Below are positions 18,941-28,631 of a stretch of 64,000 nucleotides of DNA, piece by piece. Source of the stretch: an uncultured Clostridia bacterium. GTDB lineage: Bacteria; Bacillota; Clostridia; Christensenellales; UBA3700. Below the pieces are notes generated by a model. It had not been told where the DNA came from. It saw only the letters and a list, made by a program, of their open reading frames with translations, and searched no databases. Positions within the stretch are counted from its first letter, which is position 1. The number at the start of each line of letters is the position of its first letter. The position numbers were made by a program, and so were the translations under genes. The stretch covers positions 66,381 to 130,380 of the forward strand of contig CAMQWP010000001.1 in assembly GCA_947038565.1 (NCBI GenBank), read 5' to 3'.

Positions 18941-20598
18941 AAGCAATGCCTTGATATAGCAATTAATTGATTAGTAGTAACTACCCCTTCAAAAAACCCT
19001 TTTGCTATCCTAGCACTGGCAGTAGTGTAATAGCTATTACCAGAAAAGAACTCTCTAGCATTACCATCCGCGACGATACCGCCATCAAAAAACATCGAAC
19101 ATCTATCCGCATACATGCTACAAAACTCTATGTCGTGAGATACTATGATTATAGTCTTTCCTTGACTTTTAAGCGACAAAAGTAAATCCGCTAATACTCG
19201 CTTTGCTAGAGGATCTAGACCTTTTGTCGGCTCATCAAGCAGTACAATACTCGGGTTAGATTTCAAAACTTTTGCAAAAGCTACTTTTTGTGCCTCTCCA
19301 CCCGATATGTCATAAGGATGCAAATCCAAGATTTTTTCTAAATTTAATAGCTTTACTAACTCTTCGTCAGTAACTATTGTGGATTCTTCCATGTTTGACT
19401 TCATAGATAATATTTCTTCTCTAACGGTATTTCTTCTAAATAACAACGTTGGGTCTTGAGGCAACATGCCTATAAGTCCACGATACAAACTATTACCTTT
19501 ATAAGATTTTATATTTTTACCTTCAATGATTACTTTACCCGCATAAGGCTTTGCTACTCCTGCTATAACTTTCAGAAGCGTTGACTTACCTACTCCATTA
19601 CCACCCAATATAGCAGTTATTTCACCGCGTTCAACACGTAGTTCAGCACCCTTAATTATATCATGTCCATTGCGATTGTATCTAAAGTAACATCCTGATA
19701 TTTCGATCACATTATCATTTACTTTCGGCACAGCTTGATCTTTTTCCATAAGAATGCTGTTTTTGTTTTGTATATTTAAAGACAAATACTCCCTTGCTTC
19801 TTTCACATTAAGCGGACAAACCCCGCCTATTTCCATACCATGATATAGCCTCACCGATGTAGGAAGTCCGTCATAAATAGGATGAGTTTGCATGTCGCTC
19901 ATACCACTCGCTACCTCTATAGGGCTACCAATAAGCTGACATGCACCATCTTCCACAACGACGACTTTATTTGACATACCGTATACATCTTCTAAGTTAT
20001 GCGATGACATAATAATAGTTACACCAAGCTCATTATTTATACGCTTTATGCTCTCTAAAAACTCAATTGACGCGATAGGATCAAGCTGACTTGTAGGCTC
20101 ATCTAAAAGCAATACTTCAGGATTCATTGCCATGATAGACGCTAAATTTAGTAATTGTTTTTGACCGCCTGACAGTTCACTGGTGGACTTATGATACCAT
20201 GTAGTAATGCCGAAAAACTGCGATACCTCACTTACTCTAAGTCTTATCACATCAGGAGCAACTCCGAGATTTTCCAGTCCAAATGCTAGCTCGTGCCACA
20301 CTTTATCAGTCACTATTTGCGTATCAGGATTCTGCATAACGAAACCGATTTTACGTGTAGCGTCATGATCGGACATATGCTTTATTTCTTCGCCCTCGAT
20401 AGTTATTTCTCCTATCAACTCACCTTTTGGTATAAGCTGTTTTTTAAACATTTTAAGGAGTGTAGACTTGCCAGATCCAGAGCTACCACACACCACTGCA
20501 AAGTCGCCTTTTTCTATATCAATAGATACATTATCAAGAGCTTTTCGAGCTGAGCCACTATATGTAAATGTTAAATCTTTGATCTTAATATACTCCAT
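18937..20598 (-). CDS. ECF transporter fused ATPase (EcfA-EcfA' duplicated ABC domains)
   Basis: Two Walker A motifs (GSSGSGKST, GGNGVGKST), two signatures (LSGGQKQ, ISGGEAQ) and two Walker B motifs (LLLDEPT, VLLDEPT). Start set at MEYIKIKDL, which has a GGAGG RBS. Confidence 0.88.
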   Translation of the reverse strand: MEYIKIKDLTFTYSGSARKALDNVSIDIEKGDFAVVCGSSGSGKSTLLKMFKKQLIPKGELIGEITIEGEEIKHMSDHDATRKIGFVMQNPDTQIVTDKVWHELAFGLENLGVAPDVIRLRVSEVSQFFGITTWYHKSTSELSGGQKQLLNLASIMAMNPEVLLLDEPTSQLDPIASIEFLESIKRINNELGVTIIMSSHNLEDVYGMSNKVVVVEDGACQLIGSPIEVASGMSDMQTHPIYDGLPTSVRLYHGMEIGGVCPLNVKEAREYLSLNIQNKNSILMEKDQAVPKVNDNVIEISGCYFRYNRNGHDIIKGAELRVERGEITAILGGNGVGKSTLLKVIAGVAKPYAGKVIIEGKNIKSYKGNSLYRGLIGMLPQDPTLLFRRNTVREEILSMKSNMEESTIVTDEELVKLLNLEKILDLHPYDISGGEAQKVAFAKVLKSNPSIVLLDEPTKGLDPLAKRVLADLLLSLKSQGKTIIIVSHDIEFCSMYADRCSMFFDGGIVADGNAREFFSGNSYYTTASARIAKGFFEGVVTTNQLIAISRHCL

Positions 20599-21452
20599 GA
20601 TACTGCCTCCTTTATCTCCATAATCATACCTATACTCGCTAGGCAAAAATAACTAACATACATCACAATGCTTGCCACCCCGATATTTATATCGTCTACA
20701 TAAGGGTAATAGTCAAAACCGCTATAACCTAGTATCATAATAGTGGCAAGCGTAACACAGCCTAACGCCACGAATAAAAACATAATAGTGTCTGACATGC
20801 TCCATTTAAAGTTATGATAATTTGTACGACGTCTCATGCCATACCCACGCGCCGACATACTATCGGAAGTAGTGACAGCACTTTCTATACTATAGCTAAA
20901 TACTATCGCAAACACATGTAGTTTTGCCATTAATTTATCCTTAATATTACTAGTAGCATAAGCACCTAAAGCTCTCGATGCGTCATCAGCCTCTCTGAAT
21001 TTCCTAGCATAAAGTGGCACAAACCTAAGCGACATCGTAAGTAATAAAGATAGTCTTGGTGATACTTTTCCAAACAAATATATTACTTTGTCAGAAGTCA
21101 TAATATAGTTATAGGCTCTAAACCAATATATAATACTTACTAGTTTTAGTGATATCATTACACCGTAAATCAGTGCTTCGAGCGTTACAGCATTACCATT
21201 CATAAAGAATAACTCTGTACCACCATCATGCACAAAAAGCGGATTTGTCAATGCAATAATTATCATAATAGGTATTATGTACAAAAGCGATTTTCCGACT
21301 TTTCTACATCCTTCTAGCTGAAATGATAGAGCAATACTTATCACGAATGATAGTATAATTATGACAGGGTGCATAGTAAACATCACAGTTATAATGCACA
21401 TTAAAAAATATAAAAATACAATTATCGGATGGTATCTTTCTAGTCTAGACAT
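20571..21452 (-). CDS. ECF transporter transmembrane (T) component, CbiQ/EcfT family
   Basis: Polytopic membrane protein adjacent to the ECF ATPase, with an ARG-containing coupling-helix motif (SMSARGYG). Start set at MSRLERY, which has an AAAGGAG RBS. Confidence 0.8.
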   Translation of the reverse strand: MSRLERYHPIIVFLYFLMCIITVMFTMHPVIIILSFVISIALSFQLEGCRKVGKSLLYIIPIMIIIALTNPLFVHDGGTELFFMNGNAVTLEALIYGVMISLKLVSIIYWFRAYNYIMTSDKVIYLFGKVSPRLSLLLTMSLRFVPLYARKFREADDASRALGAYATSNIKDKLMAKLHVFAIVFSYSIESAVTTSDSMSARGYGMRRRTNYHNFKWSMSDTIMFLFVALGCVTLATIMILGYSGFDYYPYVDDINIGVASIVMYVSYFCLASIGMIMEIKEAVSWSILRSKI

Positions 21453-21543
21453 ATCAGCTCCTTTTAAGATATTTATTATGGATGTTTTGTTCATTTATTT
21501 TGATATATTATTTATAGTTTTATCATCATATAATTCTACTTTT

Positions 21544-22062
21544 TTACCACTCTAATTCGCCTAAATCCCCAGGCTCACATGTATATAACCACTCTACTAT
21601 ATCGCCTTCTACCAACGTATACATGCTCGCACTTTTATTCGGAAAAACTCCATTCACTTTATACATCCAGCCACCTAGATTATTTGCGTACATTTTCTCA
21701 CTAAGTCCGCCGATACTTGCGATATAATTACCGCCTGTAATCGTAAGGCTTATATTCTTATTTGCACATATTTTTCGCAATAAATCGGTAACGCTGTCGC
21801 CTTCGACACACAAAACATCGACTTTAGGGATAAAATACCCGTCCTTAGGTATAAGCGGTTTTAACGTATTAGGCAATCCTTCGAACGCTCCTTCAGTGGT
21901 TAAAACTTTCTCGCAAGATATTAAAAAAGATACTTCAAAATCCCCTTCTAATTGCACGCTATAATGGTCGTCTACACTAGTAAATGTACAGCCAAATAGT
22001 AGCACCGATAAAAGTGCTACTAAAGCTATAAAACTAATTATTTTTGATTTTCTTTTTATCAT
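21544..22062 (-). CDS. DUF4430-domain lipoprotein (transcobalamin beta-domain-like)
   Basis: Signal peptide with lipobox LLFGC. C-terminal GGWMYKVNG...YTLVEGDIVEWLYT is the typical DUF4430 signature. Confidence 0.75.
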   Translation of the reverse strand: MIKRKSKIISFIALVALLSVLLFGCTFTSVDDHYSVQLEGDFEVSFLISCEKVLTTEGAFEGLPNTLKPLIPKDGYFIPKVDVLCVEGDSVTDLLRKICANKNISLTITGGNYIASIGGLSEKMYANNLGGWMYKVNGVFPNKSASMYTLVEGDIVEWLYTCEPGDLGELEW

Positions 22063-22123
22063 AAATTACCTTCGCAAATTATTGTTTTATTTTATATTAT
22101 TTACTGCTAAAATATCATTATTA

Positions 22124-23428
22124 TTATCTGATAGATTTTGAGTAAAAAGTACCGTATCCGTACTCATTTAATTGGTATGAAGCTAATGCTCTAAGCGACT
22201 GTACATTCTCAAATGCATAACCTAAATTTCCAGTTTCGTCCTGATGACCAATGATCCACTCATAAACTTTGTCGCTACGTAGAGAATTGCTCACTTTATA
22301 ATAATTACACTCGACAGCTAATGCTAATACATATGCAGTAGAACAAATATTGTTTTTTATATTATTATCTTTCATACGACTTTCTATAGTTCTTAGTGTA
22401 TTATCGATTACAGTTTTAACTTCAGGTCTGTTATAATATGGTAACATTGCAATTATCGCAACCGAACCAGAATCCACATCCCACTTCATCTGAAACTGGT
22501 TATTTACAGTAGTACTCATAAGTTCAGTTATTGCTCTCTCTGTTACAGTCATTTCATACCCTGCATTTTCTAGCTCTTTGATTACTGGAAGCATTACTCC
22601 ACATGTCCACTCACGAATAGCATCATCTATCCATGACCCTCCATTGATATAATCTATTGCCTCTACTGGAACAGGTCTTCCTGCATGTAAAAGTGCTGAA
22701 GTAGTGTATATTACATGACCACGATTATAGTTCATTCCACCCGCATTCGGATCAAATTTAGCCATTTCTTCTAATAGACTTTGAGTTAGTTTATCGTAAA
22801 AATCGTCAGTTAGTTTCACCCCTGCTCTTGTCATCGTGTTGATATTTTCAGCATATGCAACAGTCGGCTCTAGTTTAGTATTCATAAATTTCACTAGTAA
22901 TCCGACCCTCTCATCTGCAATCATTGGAGTTACGTCTGGAGCTACTGGAGGAGCGGAAAAATTCTCTAATACAAAAGCATAACTTTCTTTATTTTTAATC
23001 ACTACTTCTGATATACCTACTGATGTAGAAGTGAATTTTTTTTCACCGTGTGACTGCTCAGTACTAAACTCACCAGTGTAAGTAGCGTCGGTAGAGTAAA
23101 CTCCTATAAATTGATAACTTGGATCAGGCACTAAACTTCCAATACCTGCAAGGAAAGCTCCATATTCCGAGTCCTGAAGATCAGCATAAAACTTAGGATT
23201 AGCCGCAAGCATATCTGATATAGTCGCACCCTCTTCCAATCCTTTAATACTTACATTCTCAGAAGTGGCGTTGTCTAAATTTTCAACACCCATAAGTATC
23301 GTGACATATTGCTCATCTACTGTAGGCAAGTCATCGCCCCTCATACATGACACCAAACCCGTCATGCAAACTGTTAGCATTAGTATTACTGTTAAAACTA
23401 TCGCTAAAACTCTTTTCTTGTTATTCAT
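22124..23428 (-). CDS. surface lipoprotein: N-terminal DUF4430-like module plus C-terminal helical (alpha/alpha-toroid-like) domain
   Basis: Signal peptide with lipobox LVSC and a GGAGG RBS. It is the first gene after the cobalamin riboswitch. The domain calls were made by eye (see findings). Confidence 0.65.
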   Translation of the reverse strand: MNNKKRVLAIVLTVILMLTVCMTGLVSCMRGDDLPTVDEQYVTILMGVENLDNATSENVSIKGLEEGATISDMLAANPKFYADLQDSEYGAFLAGIGSLVPDPSYQFIGVYSTDATYTGEFSTEQSHGEKKFTSTSVGISEVVIKNKESYAFVLENFSAPPVAPDVTPMIADERVGLLVKFMNTKLEPTVAYAENINTMTRAGVKLTDDFYDKLTQSLLEEMAKFDPNAGGMNYNRGHVIYTTSALLHAGRPVPVEAIDYINGGSWIDDAIREWTCGVMLPVIKELENAGYEMTVTERAITELMSTTVNNQFQMKWDVDSGSVAIIAMLPYYNRPEVKTVIDNTLRTIESRMKDNNIKNNICSTAYVLALAVECNYYKVSNSLRSDKVYEWIIGHQDETGNLGYAFENVQSLRALASYQLNEYGYGTFYSKSIR

Positions 23429-23440
23429 AAATAACCTCCA

Positions 23441-23472
23441 AAAATTAAAAAATCACTCATCTTCTAGACGAG
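23441..23472 (-). terminator. candidate expression-platform terminator of the riboswitch
   Basis: Minus strand CUCGUCU-AGA-AGAUGAG (7 bp including one G-U) followed by UGAUUUUUUAAUUUUU, immediately upstream of the RBS. The stem is weak. Confidence 0.3.
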
Positions 23473-23652
23473 CGAATGCAATATAATAGTCACGCATACA
23501 AAAAGCATGCGAGTGATTATCCAACTACATATCCTCTTATCCAGAATACATTTATTACACACAAGGTAGGTAATCCGACTTAGCAAAAACACTTTGCAAT
23601 ACGGCAATGAAAGTTGCGACGGATTCTAACCGTACTTCCCACTACTAATAGA
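23441..23652 (-). promoter_or_regulatory. cobalamin (B12) riboswitch in the leader of the lipoprotein-ECF operon
   Basis: The minus strand reads ...GGGAAGUACGGUUAGAAUCCGUCGC... (conserved GGGAA / GGU-N-A-AAUCC / GC core; plus-strand 23600-23640). This is followed by a B12-box-like AAGUCGGAUUACCUACC (plus-strand 23565-23581). A hairpin plus U-run lies just before the GGAGG RBS. Confidence 0.7.
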
Positions 23653-23802
23653 CTAATGATAATATACTAGTTGCAAACACACAACGAATAATCATCAGGC
23701 TAATCCAAATGTAATAACATCATAGCATAATAAAATAGTTATGTCTACCTTATGAGTATGAATAATACAAATACATTTATTAAATATTACCAACATCACT
23801 AA

Positions 23803-23836
23803 TAAAAAACCCCACTACCCGTAATAGATAGTGGGA
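23803..23836 (-). terminator. terminator after the Gfo/Idh/MocA gene
   Basis: CCCACTA...TAGTGGG stem and a 6-nt U-run on the minus strand. Confidence 0.65.
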
Positions 23837-23861
23837 TTATTATTAAATTATAAATGCAAGA

Positions 23862-25124
23862 TTAATCTCTATAGTCTTTTAAGAATACTGGAGTGCCTTC
23901 ATTATGTCTTGACTTCTCCGCACAAAAACCTATGATATGACTTTCGATAGACATAGATACATCAGTTGCAATGTCACCATCGCCCAATGCTTTCATCATA
24001 CGCGCATCACCGCCACCATGAGATCCTCCACAAGATTTAGATATAGTAACTTTCTTAGGCTTTTTGCCGTACACTTCTAAGATAAATTTCGTACTATCAG
24101 TATTACACTTCAAATCACCCAGCGAGCCTCGAATACGAGTTTCACGACTACTAGACTTACCTGAAAAAGCTGTCATAGTAAGCGTAGAAGTGATACCATT
24201 AGCAAACTCCATATTTACAGTTTGATAATCCACTACATTGTTATCAGATAGATATACGCACTTGCCATACCTAGTCTCAACTAGAGCTTTTGCTATCTTA
24301 TCTTTAGTAACCTTACCATCAGACATAAGTCTTGAGTGAGGCCACATAGTGCGATATGCAGCGGCTGGCATACCTTTTAGATTATCCAAATAAAGTTTTT
24401 CAGCATCATACGGGCATGCTTCTTTGCACTTGCAACCGCCCATGCAATACTCTGTCGCACCAGCTGGTGCGTGTTCTTTATTGAAGTGATTTAGCTTGCC
24501 AGTAGACATAACTTTATCACAAGTACTACCCGCTAGATACACAGCCATATCAAGGTCATGACAACACTTCGCAAGGATCATAGGATTACTTTCCTGCTCA
24601 TTTCTCCAGTCACCTCTTATAAAACTATGTGCCTGGTGCCAGTACGCTACATTTTCGACTTGCTCTATAGCAATGATTTGACCTAAAACACCGCTTTCCA
24701 TGATCTCTTTGATCTTCTGGAAATATCCAGAATACCTAAGCACATGGCAAACATCTACTGATAAATTTTTCTCTTTTGACTTGTCGCGGATAGCAATGCA
24801 ATGCTCTAGCGAGCAAGCAATAGGCTTTTCTAACATGATGTTGTATCCCGCATCAAGTGCTTTTATAGTATGCTCATAATGCTCCGCGTCTTGCGTGCAT
24901 ATGAATAGTAGATCCGCTACTTTTGGTGCAGACAAAAACTCATCAAGAGTGGCAAAAAGTTGAGAATCATTCAGTTTCATTTCAGCTTTTGCTACTTTTA
25001 TCTTATCAGGGTTATTGTCAATAACTGCAACTAATTCGAATTCACGAGTTACCAGTGGGTTTTTGCAAAATTGTGCGTAAAGACGACCTCTACCGCCATA
25101 TCCTATAATAGCTATTTTTCTCAT
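23862..25124 (-). CDS. Gfo/Idh/MocA family NAD(P)-dependent oxidoreductase with a Cys-rich insertion
   Basis: N-terminal Rossmann motif KIAIIGYGGRG and the EKP motif (MLEKP). AGGAG RBS and its own terminator. Confidence 0.8.
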   Translation of the reverse strand: MRKIAIIGYGGRGRLYAQFCKNPLVTREFELVAVIDNNPDKIKVAKAEMKLNDSQLFATLDEFLSAPKVADLLFICTQDAEHYEHTIKALDAGYNIMLEKPIACSLEHCIAIRDKSKEKNLSVDVCHVLRYSGYFQKIKEIMESGVLGQIIAIEQVENVAYWHQAHSFIRGDWRNEQESNPMILAKCCHDLDMAVYLAGSTCDKVMSTGKLNHFNKEHAPAGATEYCMGGCKCKEACPYDAEKLYLDNLKGMPAAAYRTMWPHSRLMSDGKVTKDKIAKALVETRYGKCVYLSDNNVVDYQTVNMEFANGITSTLTMTAFSGKSSSRETRIRGSLGDLKCNTDSTKFILEVYGKKPKKVTISKSCGGSHGGGDARMMKALGDGDIATDVSMSIESHIIGFCAEKSRHNEGTPVFLKDYRD

Positions 25125-25269
25125 AATTTACTCCTAATTGTAATATCTTACGCTTAATATAATATCATAATTAAAGTATTTTGTCTACACATCGCATGCA
25201 ACTTTACGTCATATTTACAATATTGTATACATTGACAAATTTGCATAAAGATAATCAGTTAGATATAGC

Positions 25270-25297
25270 TTGACTTATCGGATAAATAGTATATAAT
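25270..25297 (+). promoter_or_regulatory. sigma-A-like promoter upstream of the flavodiiron gene
   Basis: TTGACT (25270-25275), 16-nt spacer, TATAAT (25292-25297), about 35 nt before the ATG. Confidence 0.4.
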
Positions 25298-25333
25298 AAA
25301 AGATATAAGTCAATAGTATAGTATGGAGGATTT

Positions 25334-26497
25334 ATGGATAATAATATAATTTATGTAGGCGTCAATATAAGCGATAATGGACTTTTCGAAGGTCAATATA
25401 TAACACCTGAAGGCATGGCGTACAACTCATATCTAATAGTAGATGAGAAAGTATGTCTTATGGACTCTGTTGATATAAAAGCTGGTGAGCTATGGCTAGA
25501 TAATATCTCTAAAGCACTAAACGGTAGAGATATTGACTATTTAGTGTTATCTCACGTCGAGCCTGATCATTCTTACCACATTCGCAAAATTGTCGAGTTG
25601 TATCCTAATATAAAGATAGTAGGCACAGTTCAAGCATTTAAATTCATAGGTCAATTCTATGACTTTGACCTTGCTAATAGAACTATCGTAGTAGGCAATG
25701 GCGATACTTTAAGTCTTGGCGAGCATACGCTAGATTTCTATACCGCACCTATGGTACACTGGCCTGAAGTCATGATGACTTATGAGAGCTCTAGCAAGAC
25801 ATTATTCTCCGCAGACGCATTTGGCAAATTCGGCACTAACGATATCGAAGGTAGCTGGGAATGCGAAGCACGTAGGTACTACTTTAATATAGTTGGAAAA
25901 TATGGAGCTAATGTACAAATGATCCTAAAGAAACTTAGCACTCTTACTATTGAAACAATCTGCCCTCTTCACGGCAACATTCTTGATAAAAATATCGGTC
26001 ACTATATAGACTTGTATGACACATGGAGTTTGTACATGCCCGAAGTAGACGGAGTGTTTATTGCTTATTCATCAGTATATGGCAATACGGAAAGCGTTGC
26101 AAAACGTCTACACCAGTTACTCAAAGATAGCGGTATTAAGACATCTATATCTGACCTAGCACGTTCTGACATGGCAGAAAACATTGAGGACGTTTTCAAG
26201 TATAGCAAAATTGTTTTTGCGACTACTACTTATGAAAACACTATTTTTCCAGTGATGGAAGAGTTACTCTCTCACTTAGTTCAAAAAGGCATGGCTAACA
26301 AGGTTGTCGGCATAATAGATAATGGTACGTGGGCACCACAAGTAACTAAAGTTATCACATCAAAACTTGCAGCCCTTAAAAATATTGACTTTTTGGAACA
26401 GAGCGTACTTATCAAGTCCGCACCAAGTGAAGATACATGGACGGCACTAGAAGACTTTAAGAACGCATTAATTTCTGCTACTCCATATCATAAATAA
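25334..26497 (+). CDS. flavodiiron protein (FprA-type A flavoprotein: metallo-beta-lactamase-like plus flavodoxin domains)
   Basis: Diiron ligand motif SHVEPDHS, then a C-terminal flavodoxin-like segment (FIAYSSVYGNTE). GGAGG RBS. Confidence 0.85.
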   Translation: MDNNIIYVGVNISDNGLFEGQYITPEGMAYNSYLIVDEKVCLMDSVDIKAGELWLDNISKALNGRDIDYLVLSHVEPDHSYHIRKIVELYPNIKIVGTVQAFKFIGQFYDFDLANRTIVVGNGDTLSLGEHTLDFYTAPMVHWPEVMMTYESSSKTLFSADAFGKFGTNDIEGSWECEARRYYFNIVGKYGANVQMILKKLSTLTIETICPLHGNILDKNIGHYIDLYDTWSLYMPEVDGVFIAYSSVYGNTESVAKRLHQLLKDSGIKTSISDLARSDMAENIEDVFKYSKIVFATTTYENTIFPVMEELLSHLVQKGMANKVVGIIDNGTWAPQVTKVITSKLAALKNIDFLEQSVLIKSAPSEDTWTALEDFKNALISATPYHK

Positions 26498-26513
26498 AAA
26501 TTAAATAATCATA

Positions 26514-26560
26514 TAAATAAATCCGCACCGAATATCAATACTCGGTGCGGATATTTATTT
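26514..26560. terminator. bidirectional terminator between convergent genes
   Basis: ATCCGCACCGA / TCGGTGCGGAT 11-bp stem flanked by A/T-rich runs. Confidence 0.7.
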
Positions 26561-26664
26561 AGTTATATACACTTCTAATATATATTTATAGTTGATATTA
26601 AACAACTATAAATACGTCTTACATATATAGATATAATAATTAAATATTAATACTAATACAGTAT

Positions 26665-28140
26665 TTACTTTTGACTGACATACATATCGCCCCAAAGCTC
26701 TTCAAATAACTTTTCATCAATATTTTCGTGATCTAATGGATCGATATAGTCAGCATTAGAATATCCGAATAAATCTCTTGTACGAAGAATGCTACCAACT
26801 AAGCCCTCAAGTGCCTTAGGGAAAGGGAACTGTTCGCGTCTGTAGCCTATTTCCTCAAGACCAGTGATCACTGGCAAGTTCTCACCCTTACTAGAAGATA
26901 TTGCAACGATACCGATATGCACCCACTTATGTTCGTACATGTTTATTAGCATCTCATCAAAAGAACTTCCTTTTACTGCTTCTCTAATAAATCTATTAAT
27001 AACTGTCGATAAAAAATCTCCTTCAGCTTTTGGCATCAATGCAGCTGTTTCTTCATTTTTCCAGTTATAAACATTAAAGATACCTTTGATGTCTAGCTTA
27101 GCAAAGTTACTAGGAGCAACATTCGGAACCATTTTCCAGAACAACACTCCCGCAACTTGCGGATTAATTAAAACGTTATTTTCCATAACTATGCCTGAAT
27201 GTCTAATATTAGTAGTTTGTACTGATACGCAGGCGTCACTCGCCTCTCTCATTACATTTCCTGTCAATACTACATCAGCACTATTGATCCAAACTATCTT
27301 ATGTGCTTTCTCTAGTATACTGTATTCTATAGCACCATTTGCAAAATCGCCCTCAAGCGGAAAGTCATCAGCATTTTCGCTAGTGAATTTAACAAGAGTA
27401 CCGCCTACTTCATAATCATCATAGACAACGCTCTCGCCTTCTTTAGGCACTGGATTACTTCCGATAATATGCACATTACTTATTAATACATTACTGCCTC
27501 TAGCATTGAATAATACGCTGTATTGTCCAGTGCCAGTCCTGTGCGATGCGTCGATAGTGTAGGCATTACCATACACGCTTGAGTATAATAATATACTTTC
27601 AGTCTTCTTCATCGCCTCAGTAGCTGATGGCAAATCTTGAACATTAGTCATGTCTATATCAGACTGGATAACTATGTTTTTCTTATCAACAGCAGTCTTT
27701 ACGATCTCATCAGCAGTATTTACATTATAACCATCAATGACCTTGTAAGTACTTGTTTTACTCTTTATAGACATATCGAAAGATCCTACACTCATAATCA
27801 CAAGCCATTCACCCTCAATACGTGCTACGTCGTTATCACTAACCTTAATATACTTCAATTCCTGATCAGGCACAAGCTCTGATAGCAATATTTTGTTTTC
27901 CACCTTACCGTCATTAATAGTCAAGTTACCTACTATATTTTCTACACGCTCAAAGCCTGTAATCTCAGACGTAGCTACATCGACACCTTTTCTACCATAG
28001 AAAATACCGAAGTATACTCCTAACACAATGATACCTATAGCGACTAATACACTAGATATCGCGATCAGTGCGATCTGCCAACCTTTTAGCCTTTTAGCCT
28101 TTTTTTCCTTTACTATTTCAGTTTTAACTTCTTTACTCAT
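26665..28140 (-). CDS. membrane-anchored extracytoplasmic protein, Ig-like (Big_2-like) module plus probable right-handed beta-helix region; function unknown
   Basis: A single N-terminal TM helix follows a K-rich start. KYIKVSDNDVARIEGEWLVIMSVGSFDMSI resembles Big_2. NVLISNVHIIG and VVLTGNVM turns resemble pectin-lyase-fold repeats. GGAGGAAGG RBS. Confidence 0.6.
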   Translation of the reverse strand: MSKEVKTEIVKEKKAKRLKGWQIALIAISSVLVAIGIIVLGVYFGIFYGRKGVDVATSEITGFERVENIVGNLTINDGKVENKILLSELVPDQELKYIKVSDNDVARIEGEWLVIMSVGSFDMSIKSKTSTYKVIDGYNVNTADEIVKTAVDKKNIVIQSDIDMTNVQDLPSATEAMKKTESILLYSSVYGNAYTIDASHRTGTGQYSVLFNARGSNVLISNVHIIGSNPVPKEGESVVYDDYEVGGTLVKFTSENADDFPLEGDFANGAIEYSILEKAHKIVWINSADVVLTGNVMREASDACVSVQTTNIRHSGIVMENNVLINPQVAGVLFWKMVPNVAPSNFAKLDIKGIFNVYNWKNEETAALMPKAEGDFLSTVINRFIREAVKGSSFDEMLINMYEHKWVHIGIVAISSSKGENLPVITGLEEIGYRREQFPFPKALEGLVGSILRTRDLFGYSNADYIDPLDHENIDEKLFEELWGDMYVSQK

Positions 28141-28631
28141 TTACCTTCCTCCATCAAGAGTTTGCACATTCCATTCGTAACTCTCGTGATTTATTATAAC
28201 TTACTAATGTAATATGTATAGGCAACAATTATAGAAATCAATGTAATATTATTTAGCGATTAATTTAGCACTATTTACCTATTCAATCGCAATTCTTTAC
28301 TGTGTCATTACTACTATTTTACACAAGCAAGGATATATATATCTTACATATTGTGATTTATAATATACTTTACATCTAGGCTATTTTTGTAACCAATTAG
28401 TATGCTTTTGGTCAAATTTACAGTCAAATATTAAATTACAAATACAATACATTAAGTACACTTTAATATGTTTTATGTAATATAATAATTTTCTCAAAAA
28501 TTGCATGAAAAAATCCAAATTGCTTATGAAAATTTTCTAAATATGTGCTATACTACTATTATACTTTAAAATTGTATATGTAAAACACTATTTGTATATA
28601 TGTATAAAAACATGTTGCACTTGGAGGAATT

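Noticed and set aside
23036-23043. T8 (coding-strand A8) homopolymer inside the 434-aa lipoprotein gene, considered as a phase-variation tract.
   Set aside because: The tract is short, similar runs occur in many places in this AT-rich window, and the reading frame is intact. There is no evidence of slippage from a single sequence.
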